Assembly (NCBI GenBank): GCA_010093995.1 | Contig: ML992512.1 | Location: 186,001-250,000, forward strand | Direction of reading: 5' to 3' | Source of the DNA: Elsinoe ampelina | Taxonomy: Eukaryota | Length of the DNA: 64,000 nucleotides | Notes under the pieces: generated by a model | Told to the model about the DNA's origin: nothing | The model's input: the letters and a program-made list of their open reading frames with translations, nothing else | The model's database searches: none | Program-made: the position numbers and the translations under genes | Shown here: in pieces, positions 1 to 12,445 of the stretch | Layout of the letters: each line of letters starts with the position of its first letter | Numbering within the stretch: position 1 is the stretch's first letter

Positions 1-1353
1 TTAGCACCAGCACCCTTGAAGAGAGACTTGACACCCTCAGCGGCGATAATCTGGCGACCGGCATCGAAGGAAGACTTGTACTTGACGGCCTGGAAATAAT
101 CATTAGCGAGCTGTTCAGCGCAGTGAGTTGTGGTTTTGCACTCACTTCACCAGAGGTCATCATCATGCGACGACGGATAGTGTCCAGAGGGTAAGAAGCG
201 ATACCAGCACCAGTGGTGACAGTCCAGCCGAGCAAGAAGGAAGCGAGGAAGTTGCCCTCGAGGGAACCGACGAGGACAACAGGCTTGATGGAGTCGTACA
301 TGCCGAAGTAGAGACCACGGTAGACAACGATACCGGCGACGGAGGGCATGAAACCACGGTAGAGACCGGCGATACCGTCAGAGGCAAGAGTCTTCCTGTA
401 GACATCGACCAGACCATTGAACTGGCGCTCACCACCACCCTTGGCGGACTTGGCGTCGTTGGCGAGACGAGTACGGGCGTAATCGAGGGAGTAGACGAAG
501 AGGAGAGAAGTAGCGCCGGCAGCCTGTCAAACGCATTAGATGTGGTGAGCGGTAATTGCGAGATTTGAACTTACACCACCGGAAGCCAAGTTACCCATCA
601 TCCACTTGGCGTATCCGTCACGCTCCTTCTTGAAAGCGAACATGGACTTGTAGGTGTCACGGAAGGCGAAGTTGAGGGCTTGGGTTGGGAAGTAACGGAT
701 AACGTTGGCAGTGTTACCTCTCCAGAGAGAGACGATACCCTCGTCGGCAGTGGTGCGCTTGAAGCAGTCGCCAATACCGGCGTACTTGCGGTCGAGACGG
801 CCAGCCTTCATCATCTCATCCTGTTGGAATGTCAGTACTGCATGATGGGATCTTCCAATGTGATGGACGAACCTGGTTCTGGATAAGGAGCTTGACACGC
901 TCGATGGGGGCAGCTGCGGTCTTCGAGACAGCGGCGGAGATACCACCCACTGGATACTTGTTAGGCGCCATTTAATCATCACGGTATCCATTGTCCCAAG
1001 CTCTTCCGAAGTGGATAGTCGATATCCAATCCGAATCAACTGCGGGAGCGACATGGTAGTGGGACTTACTCAAGAAGTCAACAACGAAACCCTGGTAGAC
1101 TTGTCAGCGGCTGTGGTCAAAGATAACGGTTCGGGTGCGCGCGCGAGCGAGCGGAAGGCATTGAAACTTGACAGGAAGCTCAATGATAGCCAATGAAATA
1201 CAGAGAACATTGTTTCGAGTCCAATTGAAGCTCGCGCGAGCGGGCTGCGAGTAACGGACGAATGAAGTGGATGCAGGGTCGGGAAAGAGTGCTTACCGGC
1301 ATGCCCATGAAGGACTTGTCCGCCTGGACGACCTCGCCCTTTTTGCCAGACAT
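1..1353 (-). CDS. AAC: Mitochondrial ADP/ATP carrier (3' end runs off window)
   Basis: Spliced: ATG 1353 [19 protein letters not shown] | 22-nt exon 1070-1091 GFVVDFL | [26 protein letters not shown] | [13 protein letters not shown]...[23 protein letters not shown]...; RRRMMM signature near 160-180; GT-AG introns. Confidence 0.97.
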
Positions 1354-3423
1354 GATGACGGCTGTGTATGAAGATGGATTGAGAGGAGATTGAATAAAAT
1401 GGGTGGATGGAAGGTGAGTTGTGGTGGTGAAGATGAGGTTCTTGTAAGGAAGCAGACACGGAGCTGGATTTTTTCTACTGGGCGCACGGGCCCGTTTTCA
1501 CGTTATTGGCGCTGGCGAAGGGGACGGGAGTGTTGGGGGATAGCGCCCGAGTGATTTTCGTGGCCAACTTTTGCCTGGGTTCAGCACTGTCTTCTGCCGA
1601 CCCTGAGGTTTTTACTGGCAGAGACCCTTCGGACTGTTGGCAGGACTCCGTGGGCGTGCATGCTGAAGGAGGAGTATCTGTCAGGCGAGGCACCTATAGA
1701 CCTTCGAAGCTCGTCTCGAACTTCTTGAATGACGTCTGTCCCGTACAGCTTTTTCGCTCCGTACTCCTCAGCATCGAGTAGCCTAGCAGACAGTCAATGT
1801 CCTCTAGCTATCGGTGCCTCCGGACTGGAATGGACCAATTGCACCAATAGCCGTCTGCCGCGGTGAGTATAATTTTGCACATCTTCTACGTACTCCATTA
1901 CCCGACTCGTATAATGCTTCTGATCACTGTGGCATTGTTGTCCTTGGGACAAAGCATTTTGAGCCCGCATCGTCTTTCGACGTGATTATCAAGGTCTGTT
2001 GCATGATGGATCAGTCTTGGTCGCACGTGACCGTCGGGCGTTCGGATGTTCAGCCCGGGAACTGAAGAGAACAAAGTACTCTTTGCAGCAATGTGTGATC
2101 GCGACTATTGTAGCGTGTAGATGTCAACCTAATAGTGTGTGGACCTGCCTTAACCGACGACCGGTTGACAAGACTATCAGCAGCTTCGACTGGCATGACG
2201 AAGGACGTTGGGATGGTGCATAGGATGGACTCGATGCAATGTCCATCTATGGTCTGTCTACAGACAGAGACTCTTGAGTCTCTGAATGCTCTACAAGTGT
2301 CTTGAATGTTTATCCTGGCGAACATGATTCATATTTGTGGCTGGTAGTCATGTGAATCTTGCTTGTCAACCAGATCGATCTCTTGGATAACATCGATCAT
2401 CATGGATCAGGCTTTGGCCAAAAATATCAGAGGAACGGTCGTTGTCAATGATCGTGGGTGTGGTAACCAGACCGGTGCCATGACGGAACTGCCAGCAAAA
2501 CGCTTCCGCACCAATGACAGCCCTGTCTACCAGACACTTGTGACGGCTGGCACATTGATTCATTGCCCGTTACTATCTCTGATCTGATGATCACTTGATG
2601 TATACTAGACAGAGGCAAAGGCTTGAAACAAGAATGAGGTGGTGGGAAATTCGATACTGTACCCTTGTGGCAGACTTTGTCCGGATCCACGGCTGCGTTC
2701 AGATGGGCCAGCCCATGGTCAGGGGCGACTTCTCAGCCAAGCGAGAGAGTGACCAGCGCCGGGCCAGTCAAAGCACGAGGCCAATGTCAGGCCCAGAGGT
2801 AGCAGAGTGGTTGGACCCTGGGAAGCCACGGTGCTAGGACGGTTTAGGCCCATCGTATAGTGGGTGCCCATTGTCGTGTGCGGGGAGAACGCCTCCCAGG
2901 CAATTCCGATTGAGATGAGATGAGCAGGTGAAAGAATATCTACCATCGCACTCTGCCCAGCGACATGCATTACCGATGGTACCTTGCGGCAAGGATTCTG
3001 TAGGGCTACTCAAGGAGACGTTGCCACGCATCGACTTTGCATCAAAACCCATCTGTTCTTCACTTTGACTTGTCCTGACACTTTTGCCTGCGACTTGCAA
3101 ACGACCCTCGGCGCTCCTTCCACTTGCACTCGCTGACTACTGCCGCCAAATACGACAGGCCACCTCAGCTGGCAGTGCATCTCTGAAGGGCAGGAGAGAA
3201 CTGAGCGACAGCATCACCACGGACTGTCGACACTGCGAATCCTCGCATTCATCATACAGTACTTGAGACACCCCAGTCGACCCCAGACCCAAGCAAGCCC
3301 GCTATTGATTGTCGGTCGAGGATCACACACAAATCAGCCCCGCCCTGCACTGCACGTTGCATGTGAAAGGACAGATAGCACTACGGCATAACCATTATTT
3401 CGACGAGCAGAGAACCCGCAATC

Positions 3424-5387
3424 ATGTCGCTGGTCGCTATGCCAGGTACGCCCCATTTTATCCTACCTTTCTTTGCGTGTCTTCGTTTCATGCCGAACGA
3501 CGCGCGGTTTCACCCTTGCTGATCGCGCCCGATTTTGCTGACATTCATCTCTTTTCAACTTGCAGACCGCCGACCTTCTCCTACAAACACATTGGGCACA
3601 AACAATCCGTTTCGTCGCGCCTCGCCAGATTCAACCTCGCCCGTCAAAAGAAGCCCTCTACCATCTGCGTCACAGGAACGACCAATGTCGCGAAACCCTT
3701 TTCTCGACCCGCCAGCTGGCACGAACAGTGCGCCCAGGTCCGAGCAAGACGCGGTCACAGCAAAGTTGGCAGACGACATATTTGTAAGTGTACCACAGAA
3801 GACGCGATGCTTGGTGCACCTCATGCACGTCGTGCAAGGATTAGAAAGTACCGGCAGCCTGGTGCGACGCCGGAATCCAAACACATCCCAACAGCAATCA
3901 ATGGGCTGAAAACCCACTTCACGTCCAATCTTGGACTTCAATTCTTCTCCTCACTTCGACAGCATGGATACGAGATTTCAAAGCTTTTCAGCGCTGTTCG
4001 CTAACTATCCTTCTTCACAGAGAGAGCCAGCTGGCCCCAATCGACCACCGCCTAGTGGTAAGAAATGCACTCATCTCGCCATGGAACAGCGCTGATGATC
4101 ACAGGCCCACCCGGACGAAATGGTCCCCCTCACCCACGAGCCGGCCCACCACCTCCACCAGGCGTCCCTGGACATCGTCACTCGAGATCTGGCGACCATC
4201 GCAATGGCCCCCCACGTCCCATGAGACCGCGACCAAACGGTGATCGCAACGGTCCTGACAGTCCCGACAAGTCGCGCCAGAGGCGTAATTCAGACTCTTC
4301 CCTGATGGAGAAAGACAAGGCAGAGGAAGACCGCCGGCGAAGGGAGCGACGAAAGGAACGCGAGGCTAGGCGAGAAAAGGAGGGCAAATCCAAAGATGCA
4401 CGCACAAAGTCTGGGAGAAGGCCCTTTGGTCTCGATGTAATTGACAAGCTCGACGTCACTGGTATCTATGGCCAAGGCTGTATGTTTGGATTGTAACTTG
4501 ACAAAACAATCAGCTAATTTCGGGCAGTGTTCCACCACGATGGGCCATTCGACGCTTGCAACCCACACCGTAATCGCAAGAACAACCAAAGAGCACCAAT
4601 GCAGGCTTTCCCAGAGAATTCTGCCAACAATGCCCTGGGTGGGGGTAGTGCCCCGCGAGCATTCAACTATGACCAGTTCCACGGGCGCGAGGAAGAGAGC
4701 TTCCGTGAATTCGCCGCTTCTGGCTACGACTACACAACCCAGCCGAAACGCATGCAGGACAAAGTGGCTACCTTGATCGACCCAACTGGACGTGGCGAGC
4801 AGATTCACGGAGACGAGTCTTCAGGATTGGGTACTTCCACGTTCCTTGAAGGCGCACCTGCATCACGATCTGCAGTGCAGAGACGAGAATCGGACAATGA
4901 TCCACCTGCAATGAACGGGACGGGGAACGCAGGCGGTCTTGGTCGGAAGAAGTCTTTGGCCATGCGTATCCGTGGTCTGTCACAACCACGACGACCTGGC
5001 GAGGTCTACAATGGTAGAGTCACAAGCCCCGACGGATATGGTCCCAAGTCGCCAGAATCTCCACCATCCGCGACACAGAGTGCTGGAGGTCCAATTCGCG
5101 CAAGACCAATGGGCCAGGAGAAGAATCCCTTTTTCGGCAACGATCACGACGATGCCTACGACAGAAAGGGTGCAAGGATCGAAGCCTCCGAGGCCACCGA
5201 CAATAGCAGGCGAGGAGGTTCCAGTAGCCCGAGGGCAGCGCCTCAACTTACGCGGGCTGTCACCACAGACAGCGCTCCAACCAATTCGTCATTCGACAGG
5301 GAAGAAAAGGCCTCGGGCGGTGGATTCATCAACCGCATGAAGTCCCTCAAGGGCGGAAAGAGACCTCGTCCAGAGATTAAGAGCTAG
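3424..5387 (+). CDS. PAL1: Pal1-family cell morphology/endocytic protein
   Basis: ATG 3424; introns about 3446-3565, 3784-4020, 4058-4104 and 4480-4527 keep the frame; conserved DVIDKLDVTGIYGQGLFHHDGPFDACNPHRN and GLGTSTFLEGAPASR blocks; several NPF motifs. Confidence 0.9.
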
Positions 5388-6009
5388 ATTGGGCACAACA
5401 AGCACATTTCACGTCTTTCCTTTGTCACCGAACACGTAAAATTGATACCACGAGGGGTCCGACAGGGGAGGCTGCATTTCATGAGGGATACTCAAATCGA
5501 AAAAGGACAGGCGAGCTGGTTTGGCCTGGGCGATTCTATTCTTTACTGTTCGCTTGAGCGACAATGGTCGTGGACTCAAAACGTGGAGATCTGGTCATTT
5601 ATTTCCTGACGATCAAGTAGAAGAGTAGAGAGAACAATAGATCTATTGCTCGTCACACGTGCTTGGGAAATGGTTCGGTGGCATACATGAATGATTGTGT
5701 TGCGCATGCGACAACATATCTCTTCCCGACCTTCTTCATCCCTCAGTCTGCATCTACAACCAACGCTGCGATGCTCTGCCGTCATCTACCGAAAACACAA
5801 CCTTAGTATTGACCCTGCCATATGTATGGTGTTCCGGCCATATGTATTTGACGACTCGGTTACATGACTATTGTTCACGACATCGTCCTATCTCGATGCC
5901 TTGGACCCAAGCACATTGGAACGTATCAGCATTGCTCTTACAGAAATGATTTCAGATCAGCCGTACAGTGGCAAGCTAGCCAAGTCCTGTATGCTATTCC
6001 ACCATCGAC

Positions 6010-7324
6010 ATGTCTGCTCGACCGGCCGATCCAGTCTTAGCATCTGCACTGTGGCAATCTTACAAGGAGAAGCGCAAATTTGATCTTCAGACACTCGCTG
6101 GGAGGTCCGATGATCCTCCAGGATTACTCACGGGATGCAAACCACTCGACGACATCCTCCGGCCCGGTCTCTCTTATGGTGAAGGGGGCATTTGCTGTAT
6201 CAGTAGCGAGCCTGAAGCAGGAGCACGAGAGGTAAGTCTCTACCTCGTCCACGTCTCTTGTGCCGTCGAAACCTTACGTATATCCTTTGTAGCTCCTCGA
6301 AGCCCTCATAGCAACCCATCTCCTCTCCTCCCACACGGCCACGGCCACCATCATCGATAGCGTAGGCCTCGACCTCCTCTCCCTCTTCAACACCATCAAA
6401 GCCCGCCTATCCCTCCAGCCTCACGTCAACCCTAACCTTCCCCCTCGTGATCCCGACCAAGAAACCACCCTCCTCCTCGAACGTCTGAGCATAAGCCGCG
6501 TCTTCTCCTTCGAAGGCCTCGCAGAAGCTCTCTCCGAATTCCAAGCCTCATGCCACCCCCTTCCTCCTCCCGACATTCCGAAGCCAAGAGGCACAGTCCC
6601 AGACTCCCAACCCTCCTCGCAAGAAGAAGATCTCTTCGCCTCCATCGACACCCCCGATCCGCCCTCAGCCCCTGCAGTCTCTCCCGCACTCCCTATTACC
6701 ACCACCACATCGCCCGGAGAAGCACACCCGCCCAACCGCCTCCTCATAATCGACGACCTCCCCACCATCTTCTCCCCCCTGCAGCGAACCTCCTACGTCT
6801 CCTCCTCCGCCCTCCTCTCCTCGTTAGTCAGAAGCCTGAAGCACATCACCCTCTCCCACCCCGTGTGCGTGGTGGTGATGAACACCCTCACCGTCCCTCC
6901 TCGCGGGGGAGAAAGTCACGCTTCTCCTGCCCGGGCAGGTCTGGCCGACGAACAGCAGGACCAGCAAGGAAACCGTCGTCGAGATGAGCATCGGATCGGG
7001 GATCGGGATGGGGGAAACGACAAGGGTGAAAACGTTCACTTGCCGCCCAGCCAGGGAGGGCGGGGAGGGCAGGGAGGACAAGGCCAGGGCAGAGGACCAA
7101 GTATCTTCTCCTCGTGCACCTCCAGGCCTTTGTTCTGGCACGTCCTGGACGGGGTGGGGGTGGGGGTGATGCTGCATCTTGTGCCGCGGGGAGGGGAGGG
7201 GAAGAGGGGAGAGGAAGGGGTGGGGTGTTTGGAAATCATCAGTGATGGCAGCGGGAGGAGGAGGGGGGAGAGGTTTGCTTTTTTTGAGAAGGGGGAGGGG
7301 AGGGGGATAAGGGGTGTTTCTTGA
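6010..7324 (+). CDS. Divergent RecA/Rad51-paralog-like protein (RAD51D/Rad55-like)
   Basis: One intron 6232-6292 joins exon 1 (LLTGCKPLDDILRPGL) to an open frame ending at 7324, containing TIIDSVG, ISRVFSFEGL, a Walker-B-like LLIIDD and VCVVVMN. Walker A is degenerate. Confidence 0.65.
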
Positions 7325-7582
7325 AAGATTGCAAAGGGAGAGAGGCAAGGAGGGGGTGAGGGAGGTTGACAGGGGGAAGTGGCAAGGGTGGACAAGGGTT
7401 AGTGGAGGGGGGAGGTCGAACTTCACTGTCACAGACGTGATAGTCAGGTATAGGATGGGTGTAGAGGAGTAGATGCTTGATTCACTATCTACACGATCGA
7501 GAGCTTATTCTCCTCTACCACGTCTTTCCATCTCATGTATCCCTCCTCTTCTTCGACGCCTCGATCAGACTCTGAGGAATAC

Positions 7583-8404
7583 CTACAAAGCACCAGCAGA
7601 AGTCAATTTGCTCTTCAACTTTCCCTCTCCGAGCGCTTGAATGTCGCTGTTTCCACCAATGTGCTCCTTGGCGATGAAGATGTTGGGCACGCTGCGCTGG
7701 TTGGTGATTTCCTGGAGGGCGTCCTGGATGGCGGCGCCGTCGTCTGTAAGGATTTGTCAGTCAGAGTTCTTTGCATGCTGGACTTGTCCCGCTCTCGTCC
7801 CTCTGCCCCTGTAGAACGGCACATCTGGCCTCCCCTGTACAATGCCTAATGCTGCACTTCACGCAATCCAATCTTGATCCTAGCCTGACGAGCTAGACTC
7901 TATCCCCCAGCGCTTTCCCCTTTTGTTCCCCGCTCTTGTCTCCTCTCTTGCAACTTCCCTGCATTGACCCCCCCCTTTCGTCATAATATCTTGTAGTCGG
8001 AAATACTCACCAATCTGATCCAACTCCAAAACCTCATATTTAGCACCGACACGGCTCAACAACTCCTTGGTCGCCTTGCAATAAGGGCAGTAACTCTTGC
8101 TGAAAACAGCCACGCCTCCCTTGTCGATGATCGACTGCGCCTTCTGTTTCGCCGCCATTTTCTGTTCCGGGCTCGGTCCTGAGAAGGAGCCGAAGAGGCG
8201 GGCGAGGAAGGAAATGGTTCGTTGGGGCGTCGCGGGGGGCGACGACGGGTGGGATTGGCTGGGGAGGGTGGTGGGATGGGAGTGGTTTGGGGTTGGTGAT
8301 GGGAGGGAGGGTCGGTGGGGTTGGTGGACGAGGGTTGTGATGCTGCGGGTGAGGTGCAGGGGACGAGGTATTTGTCTTGATGACTGGCGGAGGAGGTGGT
8401 GCAT
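7583..8404 (-). CDS. GRX: Dithiol glutaredoxin (CPYC) with N-terminal extension
   Basis: VAVFSKSYCPYCKATK; intron 7744-8010; exon 2 DDGAAIQDALQEITNQRSVPNIFIAKEHIGGNSD...AGAL*. In-frame ATGs at 8404 and 8158. Confidence 0.95.
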
Positions 8405-8642
8405 TCGTCGAAGTATGACGTGATTGAGGAAAGGTGGGAGCTTTGGAGGGGCGAGAGGTCTGGATCCGAGGGGATGACTAATCTATCTTTCGACGGTGAG
8501 GGAAGTATTGAACGGCTTCCTTATTGGTATCTAAGGGCCTCTTCTTTGATTATATATTTTTCATGCAATCATGGTAGTTGTCGTTACATGGAATCGTAAG
8601 CTGGCCGCTTGCTTCCGGCTCTGTCTAAGCAGCTCGACTAAA

Positions 8643-10631
8643 TCAGTCACCTAGCTCGTGATATCGCTCATGAGCTTGCAAGGCAAAGGTAGGCATGGAT
8701 AGCCCACAGATGCTGCACTTCTCTCCTTCCATGACTTGCGTGACTGCGTCTTCGGCTTCATCGTCTGTCAGCTCTCGCTGATCCGGATCATGGTCTCCCC
8801 CAGTACCACCCATGTCGTCTTCAGTGGCATCATGACACTTGTCAGATGCTTGATCTTTCGCTTCGAGCGACTCAAGGTCTCTTTTGAACCCATTCTCCAT
8901 GTCATCCTCCAGCTCCGTGATCCTGAAGCCTTTCAGCTTCTCCTCTTGCCCACCGAACATCTTTCCAATATCCCTCCCTTGGGCAGTCTTGCTCTCGCCA
9001 GCGGTCTCCATCATGTTCGTGACGGCAATGTTGACCAGGCTCAAATTCCATCCGCTCTTCTGAGGGTGGAGGTGCCTGAACATGGACACAAGAGCTTCTT
9101 TGACAAGCTTCTCCGCCAGTGCGTCGACACTGTCAGCCAGATTGAAGACAAAGGTAGGTAGCGGTGCCGAGTGCGAAATGCGCTTGAAGGAGCGGACTCT
9201 GGTGCCATCAGGTTGTAGCGGCTGGCGAGGTCGGGTGCTCAGGCGAAGCGTGCGAGGATGGGCTAGCCACTTTTTCTTTGCTTGCTGAGCAGGTCGTTTG
9301 CCCTTGGCTGGAGTCTCGGGCATCATCGCTAGCCCATCATTCTTTCCTCCGTCGTCATCCCCAAGATCATCATCGGCCAAAAGGTCGATTCTCATGCGAT
9401 TCAGTAGACTACCGGCGAGCATTCGCAGCTCTTTGAGCACTTCTGCCATAGTATCGAGACGGATATAGCTGTCCTCAATGCTGATTTGGCGAGGCACCGG
9501 CCGGGCAGCCGCGACTTCTGTCTCGTCTACTCCATGGAGGAGACCCCAGATCTTTGGCCCGATACCGTGCGGTGCCCCCGGTCCCGTGAGTAGCTGCTCT
9601 AGGGTCTCTGCGTTTACTTCTGCATGTAGTCGGACGTCACGAACAGTAACATTCTCACGCGTACCACCATAGACGAGACCAAAGGAGAACTCAGCGTTAC
9701 GTTGGAGAACGTGCTCTCGTAATTTCTGAGCCATCTTGAAGCCGATACCAGGTATCTTGCCGATATCGTGACTGTCGATGAAAGTCTGCGCATTGGACGT
9801 GAGGCCATTGGAAGATGTATATGGCGGCAGCAAAGTAGTCTGCCCTTTCGGTTTGTTCAAGTTGCCAACCAATTTGGAGATGAGCTTGTTCGTGCTGATG
9901 CCAACGGTCGACGTGTAGCCCTTGTGATGTTCCAGCTGGTGCCGCATGTGCATGGCTAGGTGAGATCCAAGACGAAGCCGGAGGGTCAGTTCCGAATCGA
10001 CTTTCTCAGCTATATCCAGAGCTCCAGATTCAGACGGATACGTGTGTCCCGCAAACGCAGTAGCGTCGAAGGGAAAACCTTGGGTCGGATCCTCGCATGA
10101 TAGTAGGAAGAACGAAGACTTGAGGTTCGTTGGGTTGAGGAGAGATAACGTATTGTCGACAGTGTCTGTGACATCAAACCACACCTGGAGTAGTGTCAGT
10201 CGAATATGTTGAGCTCGACCTGGTGTCTCCTACCTCATCGAACCCCAATCGCTCGACCTTCTGACTCCATGAGAAGGGAGCCAGAAAGTTGTACAGTTCC
10301 TTACTTGCATCCCTGAAGCGACTGATATCCTCACCCAGAACAATGATGACATCTGGGCATATTCGTTTGGCCTCGCTGATGAGTTGCAGCTTGTAGAGAC
10401 CCCGCCGGCGTGCTTCGTAGTTGCATGTCACGATGATGTGTTTCTGTTGAACAGCCAGTGGCAACGACTTGAGAGCTGGGTTTTCAGCCTCAAAGACCGA
10501 GGCATAGAAGCAGTCATAATCCTGATCACTATCAATATATGAGATCTACGATGGAAAGAGGGACGAACGAAATGGATGATAATTCTATCCTTCTTGTGAG
10601 TGGGTATCTTGTGGTGACTGGGTGAATCCAT
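8643..10631 (-). CDS. Y-family translesion DNA polymerase, iota-like
   Basis: Introns 10522-10568 and 10185-10233 give IIIHF|DYDCFYASV, IVTCNYEARRRG, RLGFDE|VWFDVT, VGISTNKLISKL and KIPGIG; C-terminal CxxC...HxxxH zinc finger. Confidence 0.9.
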
Positions 10632-10969
10632 GGGATATCATAGTTGCGATCTTGGTCGGACGCACAGGGATCAAGCAGACGCAGAGCTTTATTTGTGTAG
10701 TAAGAGCGTTTTCGAGTAGTGGACAGATGAATGTTGTGGTTGTGAGAGGTGCGAACGGGAAATCGTGTTCATGAGACCAGACATCGCCGCAGTGGTCAAA
10801 ACATGCCCGATCAGGAAATTTATAACAAGCGACGAAATCCCGACACCAATTCATTCGACAACAAAATTACCTACGTTTTCGTAATTAAGTTTGATATATA
10901 TTTAGCCTATTGAACAGTCTTATGTATCGTCCCTCCATCAGAGTTGTCACTTTGACAATCAACGATTGC

Positions 10970-11902
10970 CTAGACCTTCTTCCAGTCAAAGTTGACCAGA
11001 ACCGGGTTGTGGTCGGACAGGATGCTTCCATTATCCTGCAAGAACTTCCGAGAGGCATACTCGAAGGTCCTGGCGGTAAGCTGGACACCAGCACCACTGC
11101 GATAGCTACTCGACATCAGCAATGAGTCCTCAGACTACGCTCAGATAGACACTCACAAGACCTTGTCCACGATCTCGCAGTCCAAGCTGGCAGCAGGGTT
11201 ACCACAAGCATTAGCAGTCGTGCCCTTGACCGGCCTGACACCCTTCTTGACAATGTCGACCCAAGGATCCTTCAGACCTCCGCTGCTCAAGAGGGTGGTC
11301 ACGCTCTCGGCACGATTGGTGTATCGATCGTTTGTGTCACCGAAGATGATGACAGCCCTCCCAGCACTGTTCTTGCCCATGAAGGTCAGGATTTGCTGCA
11401 CGCCAGCTGCTCTGGCAGATGCATCGCCATCGTTGCTACCTGCGTCTGCGTGAAGGTTGTACATATCCACTTCAACGCCGTCAGCGACCGTCATGCGCAT
11501 GAAGGTGAAGCCCTTGGGAGTCAGGCAGTCGCCGGAGTTGAGGTCGCATTTGTCCCATTTGACGCGCTGGAGGCCGGTCCAGGGGTAGTTGGCGACGGTG
11601 TTGAGACCGCTGCCGAAGGGGACGCCGCCAGAAGTCGAGGTGCGGTAGGGGTAGGTCAAGGTGGAGTACAAGGCGGCGTGGTAATTGAAGTCTTCCTGGA
11701 GGTGAACGACGTCGTATGCAGCGGCGGCGAGCTTGGTGCCGATGGTGCGGGCGTTCGTCGTCTTGTCGCCAGGGACAGCGTTGTCGTTGATGACATCAGG
11801 CAGGCCGGCGACGTTGAAGGTGAGGACTGACAGGGAGCCAGAGGTTTGGGCGAAGGTGAGAAGGGGAAGGGAAAGTAGGACAGTTGGGACTGTGTAGTGC
11901 AT
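10970..11902 (-). CDS. Secreted endonuclease/exonuclease/phosphatase (EEP) family protein
   Basis: Signal peptide MHYTVPTVLLSLPLLTFA; motifs LTFNV, HLQEDF, YNLHADAG, FGDTN; intron 11106-11156 joins DKVF-YR to a terminal LSDHNPV; stop at 10970. Confidence 0.9.
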
Positions 11903-12131
11903 GATGTTTGAGATTGTGATGAGAGTGAAGTGGTGTGGTCGAGTTCTTTACCTGTTTGCTACGTATGATGTCGAAGCATCACGTACCTACTACTTTAATG
12001 GTATCTATCGTTACATTAATCCGTACCTCGCTTGACTCTGTAAACTTCACAAGTGATGAAGTTTACTGGGAAAAAAAAGAGGAGTAGGGCTCGCTTAGAG
12101 AAAGAGGACGCCTTTAACCAGAAAACTAGGA

Positions 12132-12428
12132 CACGTGGGGGCCTCGGCAGGAGGACGATCGGCAAGTGAAGGCAGATCAGATCGACACAGGGGCCAAAGT
12201 CCCTGCACGTGTTTGGTGGAAGCCCTGTCGACGGCCCTGCATGTCCTGACTATTGCTTGTGTTAGTTCACGAGACGGGACAGTACGAGAGACTGCCCTGA
12301 CTCCTTCCCAGAATGGCCAACCATTGTGAATTGCTTGCTCGGCTAAAGTCAATTGACATCTAGGGTAAGGTACTTATATTGCAATGCACGTTCTCGGACG
12401 TGAAATGATCGTTCTGAGTAAGAACGTG
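12132..12428. promoter_or_regulatory. Cluster of Pho4/NUC-1-type bHLH boxes in a bidirectional promoter
   Basis: CACGTG at 12132 and 12206, CACGTT at 12387, AACGTG at 12423, all between two divergent phosphohydrolase ATGs (11902 and 12446). Confidence 0.55.
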
Positions 12429-12445
12429 GTTTCTGTAGGCACAAC

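Noticed and set aside
1070..1091. 22-nt micro-exon in the ADP/ATP carrier
   Set aside because: Short 5' exons are routine in highly expressed fungal genes.
1500..3400. Short ORFs and a TGATGA motif in the AAC-PAL1 divergent spacer
   Set aside because: No coding bias, no matching D box or terminal stem, and no transposon hallmarks.
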